Assembly: GCA_023920165.1 (NCBI GenBank)
Contig: CP089278.1
Coordinates: 2,790,001 to 2,854,000, forward strand
From: Curvularia clavata
Taxonomy: Eukaryota
Reading direction: 5' to 3'
DNA: 64,000 nt
The stretch's first letter is position 1. Each line of letters begins with the position of its first letter. Below, one piece after another: positions 23,430-35,597 of the stretch. The notes under the pieces were generated by a model. The model was given only the letters and a program-made list of their open reading frames with translations. It was not told where the DNA came from and ran no database searches. Made by a program: the position numbers and the translations under genes.

Positions 23430-25266
23430 TTACTCGTACCCAGCAGGCTCAGGCTTCTCAGGGAACGCAGGCTGATCTAGGCGGCTCGCACAGGCAGCTT
23501 TCCAGTTCTTGGGCGTGTACTTGTCCACGATACCCTTGAAAGCTTCTAAGGTGCAGAATGTCGTTTCGCCCGGGAGATGCTTACCCTCAGCTTTGCAGCC
23601 GGGTATCTGCATGACCTTGTCATTGTACCTCAGACGAACGTAGTAGCCGCTCAACTGATCGCGCTGAGCCTGTGACAGATCCGTCAAGGGCTTGCGCGCT
23701 ATACCCTCAGGTGCGAGACCAGCTTCTGTTGTTTTCGTGCTACCAAAGAGCGAAGACCACCAGCTCTGGCTCTTGGACTGTGGATTCTGTTCGGCCAGGG
23801 CAGGCACTCGAGGGACGTTACTGCTGTCTCGCTTTCGAAACATCTCAACAGCAATATGAGATGTAAATGGGGGCCAGTTCTCGCCTTCGAATGCACCGAG
23901 CGAGGTCAACATGCCAGCCAATGTAGTGTCGTGGCAGCCCGACATGGCGAAGCGGATGCTTGTTTCACCGCCACGCCCCTTGCCTAGCTGGCCGTCTACA
24001 CCTCCGACTTCGACAATGCCAGAGTTGCCGTTGCGCTCGACGCTGCCCACCATGCGCGATGTAATGTCGCCCATGAGACCGCCAATGCCGAGCATTCGGT
24101 ACTCGGAAGACTCGGTGTAGCCCTGGTACCATTCTTCCACGGCAATCTTGTCAATGATGGAGCGGGCTTTAGGGTCGTAAAATGCTTTGGGGAGCTTGGT
24201 TTCCGGGCCATGGGCATCCGTGGCGTTTAGAGTATCCATGATACCAGAGAGCCGGGGGTGAGAGTCAACGGCGACCTTTTGTTCGCCGGGCATCCATTTC
24301 GAGAAAATCTTGGAGAGGTAACGCATATCATCCGTGTCATTCCATTTGTCAGCTGCGCGTTGAGCGAATGCACGACTGAGTTGGGCGAAGCGCCTGCAAC
24401 TTGCGTCGTTGGGATACAGCGTCTCATCTGCAGGTGTTCTGGTGATGATAGTTGGGGCAGGGAAATCAGCACTCCGTGCCGAGGGTGGATAGAAGCCCCA
24501 GAAAGCTTGCTGTACAGACTCCAGAGCACGTGGGATAGGCGTTGCGCGTAGGTAGATCATGTCGCTGTCCGAAATCAGCCCCGGCATGAACTTGAGCTGG
24601 TCGACGTAGAGATGGCGAAGACGTCCGCCCAGTGCCATTGTCGTTTCTCGGCCTTTGTCTGTAAGTTCGCCTGGTTGGCATACCGCATCAAACTCGCCCT
24701 TGGGACCTGAAGCAATGACTGCGAGTCATTAGCGATTGAAGTTTGGAAGGTCGGGAGTTTCGTACCTGGCCCGTCGTCCATTCCAAACGTCTCTAGGCGA
24801 CGTCGATATTTGAGTGAGTCCCACTTTGAGAAATCCTTGGTGCTCATGATCACACTTGTGAGTTGGCGAGCAGCATTGCAGTACGGCCAGTCTGCGGAGG
24901 TGTTAGGATGAATTTGTAAAGTACCTTGGCAGGTGTTCCATACATGCCGGGAGGCCAGTCTGCCGGTACTGTTAGCAATTTCCACTCCGTACGCAGAACG
25001 CAAGGTTTTCCTACATTTTGAAAGCGGGGTGATACAGGACTTCTTTCACCTGTTGAAATACAGATGTCAGCATTGATGTGCATGGATATTCATACCGCAG
25101 TAAAGAAACTAACCATGACGCAGTAGCTATTGTCTAATTAGCAAGGAGGATAGAGATATCAAATCCTTCATCTTACAATCTGTACGAGCTGCAACTCGAG
25201 CTCTCTTGGATACAGCTTCTCGAGCTCATCCTGTGAGTAGGGTTGGCGGGGGACTAGGGTGGTCAT
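23430..25266 (-). CDS. Histidine acid phosphatase (branch 2, ACP6-like); exons 25266-25177, 25126-25114, 25049-25015, 24959-24944, 24891-24766, 24718-23430
   Basis: Spliced LQLVQILLRHGERSP catalytic motif, GELTDKG, RALES and C-terminal HD (GCHDTT); all junctions are GT-AG and in frame. Confidence 0.88.
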
Positions 25267-25688
25267 GGTGTTGTCAACTGGTAAAAACCAAATACGCGGG
25301 CAAATTCTTTCCAATCCCAGAGAATGGCTCCTGCAATTGATGCAAGAGTACAGACAGATTGCATCAGGTTGAAGACGTTGTTCGTATAAGTTGGAAATCA
25401 CGTGAGGCGTGCGGACGTCATCGGGTTTCATTGGCCGGCGTTATTCCGCTCAGTCTCGCGATGCGTCGCGCGCAACTAATGCCGGTTTTTATATTTATGA
25501 AGCTACAGCACCGAGCCCTCACCAATCGGCCTCGGTGGTCCCCAGCTTAGACGGGTGTACGCATGAAATCCTAATTGGTGTATTTGTAGGTGTGGAATTC
25601 ATGTGCTGAGAAGTTATGAAGCTCAGATTCTAATTACAATTCCAGTACTTGCACTCCCCGCCCGCCGCTCGAGGGCTGTTAGAACGAT

Positions 25689-28391
25689 ATGCTGGGCGCA
25701 TATGTGTGCAGACAATGTCTAGCGCGAATCTCTCGACGCGCCGCCCTCGCACGGAGTCCTCAATGGCAACCTCGAGCCACTTTCCTATCGCTGCGTCCCT
25801 CTGAGCCACAACATGCCACCAAATCAGATCAAGAAAAAACAGCGTCTGTGGTTCAACAACAGCGACCGCATATGCGAAAACCAACACAAGATGGGCAAAA
25901 TATATCATCCCCAAAAAAAGGCAGACCGCAGACACGGGTCAGTCGGTATTCAGGGCTACTAAACGACAGTGCAGTGGAGGAGAGTACCTACTATACGGCC
26001 TACGAACAAGAAGGCGCACAACAAGAAGCAGAGCCCGTGGAAGCACCAGACGAACACCTAGTTTATGCTGCTCCTATCCTTCAAGCACTTGATGCGAAGA
26101 ATATCCAAAAGGCCTGGGATTCCTTTGAGCAGGTGTACACAGCGAGAGACTGCAAAGCCCTGACTGTGCCGAATTTTCCCGGCGAGTTGTCAAAACAAGA
26201 ATTGGTCTTCAATCAGCTTCTTGGGGCCGTCACGCGTGCTTTTTGCTCAAATAAGAAGAATGTAAGAGTGACCCCCACTGCCGCGTTATTCAGGTACCAG
26301 CAGCTTGGAATAGCTCGCCCGGGATATTGGTACAATTCCGGTATAGGTCGCCTGACACATGAAGTTATTCTCGCTGTCAATATGCCATCGCATCGACCAC
26401 AGCAAGACTTGCAAGTGTTGCTTCACGAGGTCATTTCACTGTGGCGGCTGTTCTTCCAGTGCATGGGACCGAAGAGCGACATGCTCAATTCAATCAGTGA
26501 CGACTGGTCTTTGCCATCTCTCGAGGAGCTTCCCGGTATGCATGATTCCAGGGACTTCAACCGGCGTTTGCAGAACTACCTCCCCAAATATTCTATCAAA
26601 CCCCCATTCGGCTTCTGTGCTCTATACCTGTATAGTATCTCGGACGCATTGGAGCCAACTGCTCGTCAGACAGCTGCGCCTTTTATAAGTTTTCTTGAAA
26701 GACTACTCGCTGGATCACGTGTGGACACCATATTCTTGCACACTGAATCTTCTCTCCAGCTCAAAACGCTTCCAGACAACGTCCGGCGCCAGATCAGAAA
26801 CGAGGTCGAGATAGCACCGAAAAAGGCCATGGCAGCCATTGGTAAGATTGGCGAGAGTCCCGACGAGATGACTAACCTGGAAGCATTCCACATCAAGCGC
26901 ATAGAGCGTGCCGCAGAAACCTTGACATCGCTCAAAAAATTGGACGAAATTTGGAAAGAGGTCCAAATAGCATATCGTATTGACGATGGGAGTATTGCAG
27001 TCCCTCGCTCGGTATACAACAACTTCCTCTCCGGATACTTGATTCTTCGCAACTCGCAACGCGCGGTGGAAGTCTGGAACCACATGGTTGCTCACAACGT
27101 CAAGCCAGATATGCAGTCATGGGTTGCTCTTCTGGAAGGTTGTGCAAAAGCAAAGGATCTCCGTGGGTTCAATGCTATGTGGCAACGGATGCTGAACACT
27201 GGTCTCGAACCAGACAACTATGCCTGGACCACACGAGTTAACGGGCTGATGTCGCTTCGACAAGTCAATTCAGGACTGGCTGCGTTGGACGAAATGGGAA
27301 AACGCTGGCTCGCAGCAGAAGAGGCCGCTCAGAATTCGAAGAAGCATGGCAAAGGACAGAAGGGTGCAAATCAAAACTCTGGCAAGGCTGTCAACGAGAT
27401 CACCAAGCCTTCTATCGAAGTCATCAATGGCGCAATATCCGGCATTGTGAGAATACATGCCAATTCGATGCGCCATGAGAAACGTGTAGAGCTCATCCAA
27501 AAGATCCTCGGCTGGGCCACAAACTTTCAGATCAAACCGGACGCCATAACATACAATAGTTTGATACAACTGTACCTCCTTGGCAACGACATAGGCACCG
27601 CATTCCGACTGCTGTCACAAATGGAAAAGGAGGGAATCGAAGGCGACATTGCAACGCACACGATGCTCATCAAGGCGGCGTTTGAGAACCACGTGTTAGA
27701 TGGTCAAACGGAGCAGCAGCAAACCGAATCAGTCCTGAAGATGTTTGACAACCTGGAAGCCAGCGGGCTGAAGCTAAACGACTACGTGTACGCACTTAGC
27801 ATTGACCGGCTACTCAAAAACTACGCAAACTCGTCTGCCGTGCGCACCATCATGGAGCACATGACGAGCCGGGGCTTTGTGCCTTCGTCGCACGTCTACA
27901 CGTCGCTCATCACGCACTACTTCCAGTGTGAGCCGCCCAATGTGGGCGAAGTGGACCACATTGTCAATCTACTCTTTACTGCGCCGCGCATGCCCAGCGA
28001 CGCGATTCTCTACGACCGTATCATCGAGGGCTACGCCTCGCTCGGCGAGGTCGGCAAGATGATGAGCGTGCTGACTCGCATGTCAAAGCAAGGTAAGATG
28101 CCCGGGTGGGGTGCGCTGATCGCTGTGGTGCGCGAGCTGGCGCGGCAGGGCGACGTCGAGCGTGCGCGTGACGTGGTGAGGGACGTTGCGAGGGGCGAGG
28201 GCGTGGCTAAGCAGGGTATTTTGGGAAATCGAGAGGGCGAGAATGTGTTTTTGCATTTGGTGAGGGTCTTGGGGCTGGGAGAGGGCGATGTCTGGACTAG
28301 GGACGCGGGCACTAGTGGTAGTGTTGTGCAGCGGCATGTTATGGCGGAAGAAGGAAACTTGGACTCGGTGCAGCATCAGCGCCAGCAGTAG
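25689..28391 (+). CDS. Pentatricopeptide repeat (PPR) protein, probably mitochondrial
   Basis: Arg-rich presequence-like N-terminus; PPR units YNNFLSGY...PDMQSWVALLEG, PDNYAWTT, PDAITYNSLIQ, VYTSLITHY. Confidence 0.9.
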   Translation: MLGAYVCRQCLARISRRAALARSPQWQPRATFLSLRPSEPQHATKSDQEKTASVVQQQRPHMRKPTQDGQNISSPKKGRPQTRVSRYSGLLNDSAVEESTYYTAYEQEGAQQEAEPVEAPDEHLVYAAPILQALDAKNIQKAWDSFEQVYTARDCKALTVPNFPGELSKQELVFNQLLGAVTRAFCSNKKNVRVTPTAALFRYQQLGIARPGYWYNSGIGRLTHEVILAVNMPSHRPQQDLQVLLHEVISLWRLFFQCMGPKSDMLNSISDDWSLPSLEELPGMHDSRDFNRRLQNYLPKYSIKPPFGFCALYLYSISDALEPTARQTAAPFISFLERLLAGSRVDTIFLHTESSLQLKTLPDNVRRQIRNEVEIAPKKAMAAIGKIGESPDEMTNLEAFHIKRIERAAETLTSLKKLDEIWKEVQIAYRIDDGSIAVPRSVYNNFLSGYLILRNSQRAVEVWNHMVAHNVKPDMQSWVALLEGCAKAKDLRGFNAMWQRMLNTGLEPDNYAWTTRVNGLMSLRQVNSGLAALDEMGKRWLAAEEAAQNSKKHGKGQKGANQNSGKAVNEITKPSIEVINGAISGIVRIHANSMRHEKRVELIQKILGWATNFQIKPDAITYNSLIQLYLLGNDIGTAFRLLSQMEKEGIEGDIATHTMLIKAAFENHVLDGQTEQQQTESVLKMFDNLEASGLKLNDYVYALSIDRLLKNYANSSAVRTIMEHMTSRGFVPSSHVYTSLITHYFQCEPPNVGEVDHIVNLLFTAPRMPSDAILYDRIIEGYASLGEVGKMMSVLTRMSKQGKMPGWGALIAVVRELARQGDVERARDVVRDVARGEGVAKQGILGNREGENVFLHLVRVLGLGEGDVWTRDAGTSGSVVQRHVMAEEGNLDSVQHQRQQ

Positions 28392-31300
28392 TCGCTGGGA
28401 AAGGGGGTTTGCAAATGGGCGTGCGGCTATGGACGAAGACGTCCATGACTCTTTGTCAAGAGAAAACACGTCTGGGGAATCGTATCACACGCCGTAAAAG
28501 CCGAAAACAGAGAGGCCTGAGTGGCTCCAAGAGAGGAAAAAAATGCAATGCATCAGCAAGAAACAGTCTCCAACAGTCTAGACCCGTCGAATATGTTGTG
28601 TTACAATACGAAAGCATTGTATAGAGTAAGCGTAGCCCAGTGTCCGGATTAAAGTGGCATACTATTCACAAACTACCCTATGCGTCTCAGATCTTGTCTG
28701 TGTGTGATACCAACAGAGCGGTACTGGCGCGGTACTGTATAGCGTACCATTATCATGACTAGGTGCATTTTCCCGTAATATATACATTCCGCGGAGGGGT
28801 GGGAAAGTCTTTTTCTATCTTACGTACATACCTGAGGCATAAACGGTTGGTTTGTTCACCAGGAATATGCTACTTCGCATTAATGTGTTTGAGCCAATTA
28901 CCTTGGGATGAATGCCCATTGTGACACACTTGTTTTTTTGCCAAAAGAGTGCATTGAATAGTGCTACGACGTACCGAATCATGAAGCGAGACAGTGTTTG
29001 TTCTTGATTGAGGGATCCTGGAAAGGTGGTAAGGCGACTGTAAGCTTAAGATGTGGGATTGGTTGGCAGATTGATGATGCAGCACGATTTTTGGGCATGT
29101 ATGTATATCGGAATCGATCTCGAGTAGAAATTTACCGGAAAAAGTAAAGTAAAGAAAGGTCGATCACTTGGCTCCGATCGTTTGCTTGGTTGATAGTACA
29201 TACTAGTAATGGGTATATGGCAAGGTCGCGAGACACGTGTCACATCTTTGTTGTCTCGAACATGGGGGTACTTAGTAGCCACGAGTGGTGGTTGTGTCAA
29301 GATGGTGTAGAGTACTAGCCGGTGGAAGCTTGTGAAACAGGTTCTGTCCTGTCACCTGTATGGTTGAGAGCGGGGACCAGGGGTTTCAGATGAGGAAAGA
29401 ACCTTTCTGTTAAGGTGTGAAGACGGGCCGATAACGGGGCGGAAGCATTCCAGTTAACGGACGCTGTTTGAGCGGGCGGATTATGTCAATGGCTTGGTCA
29501 ATCGCCTGATGGATAGACATATGGGACTGGGGAGAATTTAGTCAGGACGAAGTGGGTAGATTGACGACATAGTGTCTGGTAGACTAGAGCAAGGAGGGGG
29601 CAAATGACATCCGGGAAGGGTCAGGAACAGGAAATAGGAAATAAAAATAGTAGGGTGATGGAGCATGTTGGCCAGAATTTTGCGGTTAGCAAATGAGATA
29701 CTTTGTAAAATCTTGTTAGTGGAGACGGCCTCCTGGACGCTGCAGAAGGGGTTGCCAGAGAAAGAAGGAAAGCAAGCGATGACGACATGGGCCATCAAGG
29801 GTCCGAGTCAGGTGTTTGCAGGGCAACTGCCGTATACGGTGCAGGAGCGAAGTTGTGGAAAATGAAGAATAAGGCCGGCCAAGAGCTAATCAGCCTTGCT
29901 GCCAATGTGCATGATTGTCGGTGGTGCTATCTGACAGAAACAGGCCGGTATAGCCCTGTCTGGCAGAGACCAATGTCAGACGGGCGTAGTATAACAATCA
30001 GTAGGGTGATAGTCGGTGGTGATGACCCTTTTGGCGAGTAATAATATTGTTCCTAAATTTACACATGAAGGCTGATGACGCGGCCTAGTCGGTAGGCAGA
30101 AGTATTAGGCGTGGCGCAGTGCATGCTGCTATGTTGAAGGTAGTTAGGAGCGAGTGCAAGTACGTACTATGGAAAGTAGAGTCGAGGAGAGGGCTGAATC
30201 AGTTGGGGGAACAGGATCTAGGCCAAAGTCATTACAGTTGTGGCCTAGGGTTGCTGGAGACACGGAGCAGGTGGAGATTTTGCATTGGGCGGAAGATGCC
30301 GGACAAGGCTTGGGAGGTTGACAGCGGCGATGTGATTGAACAGCGACGGGTGTTTCGCGATTCGAACGACAGCCATGAGGGCGATTTTGTGTGCGACTAT
30401 TATCGTGGTCCTGCAAGTAGATTGCCGTGAGAGCCGGCGCAGTATGAGGGGAACCACAGCGGTGCAGTGCGCGGCCTCGAGCCGTCCAATGACGAGCAAC
30501 ACTTGAGAGGCTACATGTGAAGGTATCCAAAGCCAGCCAGCCAGCGCTATCCAAGTGTGATAACGGGTATAAGGCGGGTAAGCGGATCTTTGTATGAGGG
30601 TCGACGTGACGGCGGTTGCACTACCCGGTGGTGTTCCAGACGAGGGCCGTTGGAGAGGGGAGTGAGGGCGTTGTCAGCAGTCTGGGTGGCCGCCACAGCT
30701 GGCAGAGCAGGATTTCGCGCAACGGATACCCAAAGCGGCTAGCCCAAGCCCTAAGCGAGTATGACAGCACAGCCTCAAGTGGTGGTGCAGCACGGCGGCG
30801 TGTGATTGGCTGGCCGGCTTGCTGGCGTCGGCGTCGGCGTCGGCCTTTCGGACGCCGACGGTGGTTCCGAAGCGTAGTGCCATGGCGGGCGTCAGAGTGA
30901 AGATACAGACAATACGTACGTGTAGTGAAGCAGATTGTAACCGCGCGAGAAGAGCCGGCTCGTCACAGACAGGCGGCGGCAGGGCCGACAGCGTCCAAGT
31001 GGAGAGCAGGGCTCGCCTTGCCAGGGCTCGCGGTCCCAGGGCAGAGGCATGGCGCCATTGGCGTTGGCTTGGGCGTGTTCCGGGGCTCAGGAGACGCCAG
31101 CGACTCCGCCTCGATTGTGAAACGCCTCCCCGACGGCGGCCGGTGGAGTCTCGCACCCCAGCAAACCACGGCCTGCGCCCGGCCCTCGCCCATGCGCTTC
31201 GTCGTCCGCCCAAGAGCTCAAGTCTGTCCTCCTTCTCTTCTTCCGACACATCCGCATAACTCTTATTGTCGACGCTTTCCATCTCGCGCACCCCCCAAAA

Positions 31301-31526
31301 AACCCCTTAGCTACGCAGACGTCCGCTCCAGGTACGGACCCTCTCGGCTCCCACGCCCCGTGCCCCAACCAGGCCCAGACACGAGCTGACGACGACTTTC
31401 CTCCAGCCTAACCGCTCCTGTCACCCATCCGCTGCCCGCAACGCGACATCCCCCAACTCACCACCTTGTCCCCCCAAGGGCCACCCAAACTTCCCGCCGC
31501 GACTCCCCAGTAGTCAAACAAACAAC

Positions 31527-33381
31527 ATGGCTACCGCCGTCCAACCCGCCATGTCCATGGGCCCCTTCAACCCCATGCCTAATCAATGCGTCGACCCCAA
31601 CGAGTTCTTCGACTTTGCTCAGTTGCCCTCGCCCACGCAGCCTCAGACCCTCAAGCGTGAACAGAGCGCTGCCTCGGGCATGGCCAGCCCCACCAGCACA
31701 AACATCGACGACGACCTCCAGACGCCTGCAAAGCCCAGCCACGAGTACGAGCGCTTCAAGCAGCAGACTGGCCTGCCCTCAGGCTCCATTGCCGGCCTCG
31801 GCTACAACACCGGCTTCCCCCTCTTCTCTTCGTCTGGTCTTGACGACATGACCATGATGGGCGGCGATTCCCTCATGGACACCAGTGCCTGGAACAGCGG
31901 GCTCCCAATGGACGTTTCCATGAACATGGGCATCGACTACCGTCACAACAGCTTTGCCTTCAACGAGGGCTCCCAAGACGACTTTGTCGACCCCAGCGCC
32001 ATTACTCAAGAGGAGGTACCCAACGTCAGGGTGTGGCCCGGTATGCACCAGCAACAAGCTGCTATGGCCAAGGCGCAGGCGCAGGCTCAGCAGCAGCGAG
32101 CACAACAGTTGGCCCAGCAGAAGCAGCAGCAGCAGCAGGCCATGCAGCAGCAACAACAGCAGCCAACCCGCCTGCCTTCCACCAGCCAGGCCAGCCGCAA
32201 GACATCGAGCCCGCTCAGCGACGCTCACACCGAAGAAATGATTACTCGCGTTGTCGCACAAATCCGGGCCGACAGCCAAAACGCTTCAACTACCATCCAG
32301 GACAACAACCAGACCTTACTCCCACACATTATCCGTGCCAAGAAGGACGAAGAGGACATGGATGAGGATGAGAGGCTACTTGCCTCGGAAGAGGGCAAGA
32401 AGCTCAGCTCCAAGGAGCGCCGCCAACTGCGCAACAAGGTCTCCGCACGCGCCTTCCGCTCACGAAGAAAGGGTAAGCATAGCCGTCGATATCTTCACAC
32501 ACAATACATGCTAACATTGGTCAGAATACATTGGTCAGCTCGAAGGCGAGGTCGCCATGAAGGTCAACGAGGCCAACGAGCTCCGCGCCCAGAACCGTCT
32601 TCTCATGGAGGAGAACGCCCGCTCGCGCGCCTTCATTGAGCGCCTTCTCCGCCACCAGGCCTTTACTCCCTTCCTCGAGGAGCTTTCTCGCGATGAGTCC
32701 CTCCAGATCAAGGCGCCCATGACCACCATGCCATCTGCTTCGGCCACCGTCACCGCTGCTCCCGCTCCTACCTTCGCTCCACAGCCGCAGTTCAACGCCT
32801 TGTCGCAACCCGAGAACCCCCAGGTCACCATGACCATGGCTCCTGAACCCCAGATTGACTTTGCTATGCTCAACCTGAACAACTCCAACAACACTGCCAA
32901 CGCCAACTGGAACGTCAACAATGGCTTCAACTTCCAGCAGCCCGTTGCCTTTGCGGTTACGGAGCTTCCCGAGGGCCCCGCCAACCCCCTGGATACCCAG
33001 GCCATGTCTGGAAAGGGCTATAGCGCCATCTTCGACGCCGAGGATGACGCGTCCGTCGACGAGGTCAAGGCTGAGTACCCTGTTATCAAGAGCCCCGTCC
33101 AGTCTACCCAGCCCCTCGCCGCCGCCCCGGTTGATGAAACTGAGGAGCAGGATGACGAGTATGACCTCTACTACTCCTCGCCTGCCACCACGGTCTCCGC
33201 CCCGCTCAGCGAGCAAGAGTCTCTCTTCGCCAACCCTGAGAAGGCCTTCGCACACTACTCTCTTGTCCTGTCCGACGAAGCCAACGAGACACGTCTAGCA
33301 GAGCGTCTGGAAAGGAAGATTGCCGCCATGAGCACCGTCATGCAAAGAATATCCGACATTACTTCGATGCTCGACTTGTAG
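31527..33381 (+). CDS. bZIP transcription factor (LziP-like), intron 32473-32524
   Basis: KKLSSKERRQLRNKVSARAFRSRRK|EYIGQLEGEV...ELRAQNRLL; poly-Gln tract. Confidence 0.92.
32091..32163 (+). repeat. CAG/CAA-rich tract encoding poly-Gln in the bZIP factor
   Basis: cagcagcgagcacaacag...aagcagcagcagcagcaggccatgcagcagcaacaacagcag. Confidence 0.8.
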
Positions 33382-35597
33382 TGTCACCATTATAACAATC
33401 GGTCTTTCCTTTCTTGACGTTCTGAAAAGTCCTACACATTTCCTTGCGGACTTTCAAATTTCCTAGACTGTTTCTCTCACATGATTGGACGATTCCTTTT
33501 GTTTGTCTGTTAACTCCTCATACACATGCTCAAGTTGGGGGCCAGTCTTTTCATATAGGTGCGACGTGGCATCGGACACACCATATAGCGAGCGATACAT
33601 ACCTTTTCTTTTCATCATTTCCTTTGTTCGTTTCCACTATGTGCGCGGTGGGGCATCAAGCGTATCTCAGTCCTTTCTGCAGGCGTTTTTAAAGGGAAAT
33701 ATCAGGTGTTTTTCTTGTAGATATCTTTTTAGCCTCGGGGTCGATTGAGGTAAGGGATGGATTGGACATGGTTGACGTGTCTGTTGATGTAGACGTTGAT
33801 AAGAGTTGAATATAGTATCAATGTTAAGATCAATCCTTGATAATGCTGCTTGAGCGTGTGAGTGTAAGCATGCCTCTTGTTATCAAGACGACGCGTGTTC
33901 TTGCCATGGGAATGCATTTGAATGGTAAATGCTATTCTTCTTCAGATCCTTGGAATCTCGCTCTGCCCCTTCTTAGGTCCCACTCCTTCATTCTAAGTAT
34001 TACATGCCATAACCCTCCAGTAAAACTAGTAAGAAAGCAAACCCTTGATATGCCGTAACGCCTTTGTATCAACTCATGCAACACCAGTGAGATTGCAGCC
34101 CTTTCTTACTTGCTTTCACTCAACGCCGCCACACCCCCGGACAAGACTTCCCTCGCCCGTGCATGTTGCGTCTGCCATCTTGTGCGGGCGCTATCTACTG
34201 CTGCGCCTTCTTTGGACGCGACGACCGTCGTGTAGGTTAGACCGAAAGCTATTTGACTAAGTTAGCATACAGCGTATTTTTAGATGAGGCAAAGAAAGAA
34301 AGAGGGGGAAGACATACCCATGAAGGCAGCAAAGGCGGGGAGGTAGGATTTTGCTGCTGCTGGCATTTTGGAGTTGTTGTAGAATGTGTTGATGGCTTTG
34401 TAATGTTTGTAGTGTTTGAATTTAGGTCGAGACTTGTAGGTTGTTTGCCAGACTAGGAATAGTATAGGTCGATTACTTGGTGTTGTTGGTCGACTTGGTT
34501 GTGCGTAGTAGTAAGTATGCTTTAATAATGTCGAACGTAGCTGCTTGTTGTGTAGCTGAATGCTGCTGGATGATGGAAGTCACACAGCACAAGAACACTA
34601 CTAATCTTTATATCCTCAGTATAGTTATGACGATCTTACCAACCCAGAATTTCCTACGGCTTCATGATGTCCTACCGCCGGCCACGTTCCCCTAGTTTGC
34701 ACTGTTGGCGTGATGGCCTCCGCAACCTTGGTCTCGGGAAAAGCATTTAGGCGCGTCCCTGGGCATTGGACAAGAAAACACAACAGTTGGATGGCGAGAC
34801 GCAAACTAACAACTGCATTCTCATTGGCTAGATGGAAAAATGTCGTGTGATACACGGGCACAAATGCAGGAGTGTAAGGCTTCTGGTGGCGAGATATGGG
34901 AACGCAAAGGGTGGCGGTCGGGCTGTGCCGGGATACGGGTGGAGTGATCGCTTCACGCAGGTCATACGATTGTAGTATGACCATGGACTCGGGAATGCGG
35001 GTTAGCGCCTTCTACGAACAAGCGCGGCTGCGAAGAGGGAGTGTGTCATTTGATTCTTAAGGTATAGCAGAGCATTTTCTTCCCTGTGATGAATTGATTT
35101 TGTGTTTTCTACGTAACATCCAGCCAAATGACGATGAACCGTCGAGCTGTGCACAGCCCACCACGCAGCGACGTACTCGCTTGAGGCCCTTCGAATGACG
35201 CACAGTACCGATTTCTGTTTTCGCTGTAACACGTTGTCTGCAAATGGATGAATGAAATACACCGCGCATTTCTGTGAATGAAGCGCGTACAGTCACTCAG
35301 CCTATCGTTGCAGAGCGCCGATGTTCAAGTGTGCCAACGGAGGAGACTGGATCAGGTGGAGATGCATGGACCTGGGCTAACCCTTGGAACGCACTGTTCT
35401 CTGCCAGTAGAAGAACAGCTTATTCATTTCTCACGCAGACGCATGGAAGACTTACGACGATCGCAACGATGGCGATAGTTCCCTTGTCCAGAATGGAGTC
35501 GACGTCTGCCAATGAGGAGCGCCTGCCTTCAAACCCGGTCATTCTCGTTGCACTCATGGGGTGTAAATTGCAGTACTCCACGTCCTGAATAACGCCA

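Noticed and set aside
30674..31389. Overlapping Arg-rich ORFs upstream of the bZIP gene
   Set aside because: GC-rich promoter-like DNA with several open frames on both strands and no domain signal.
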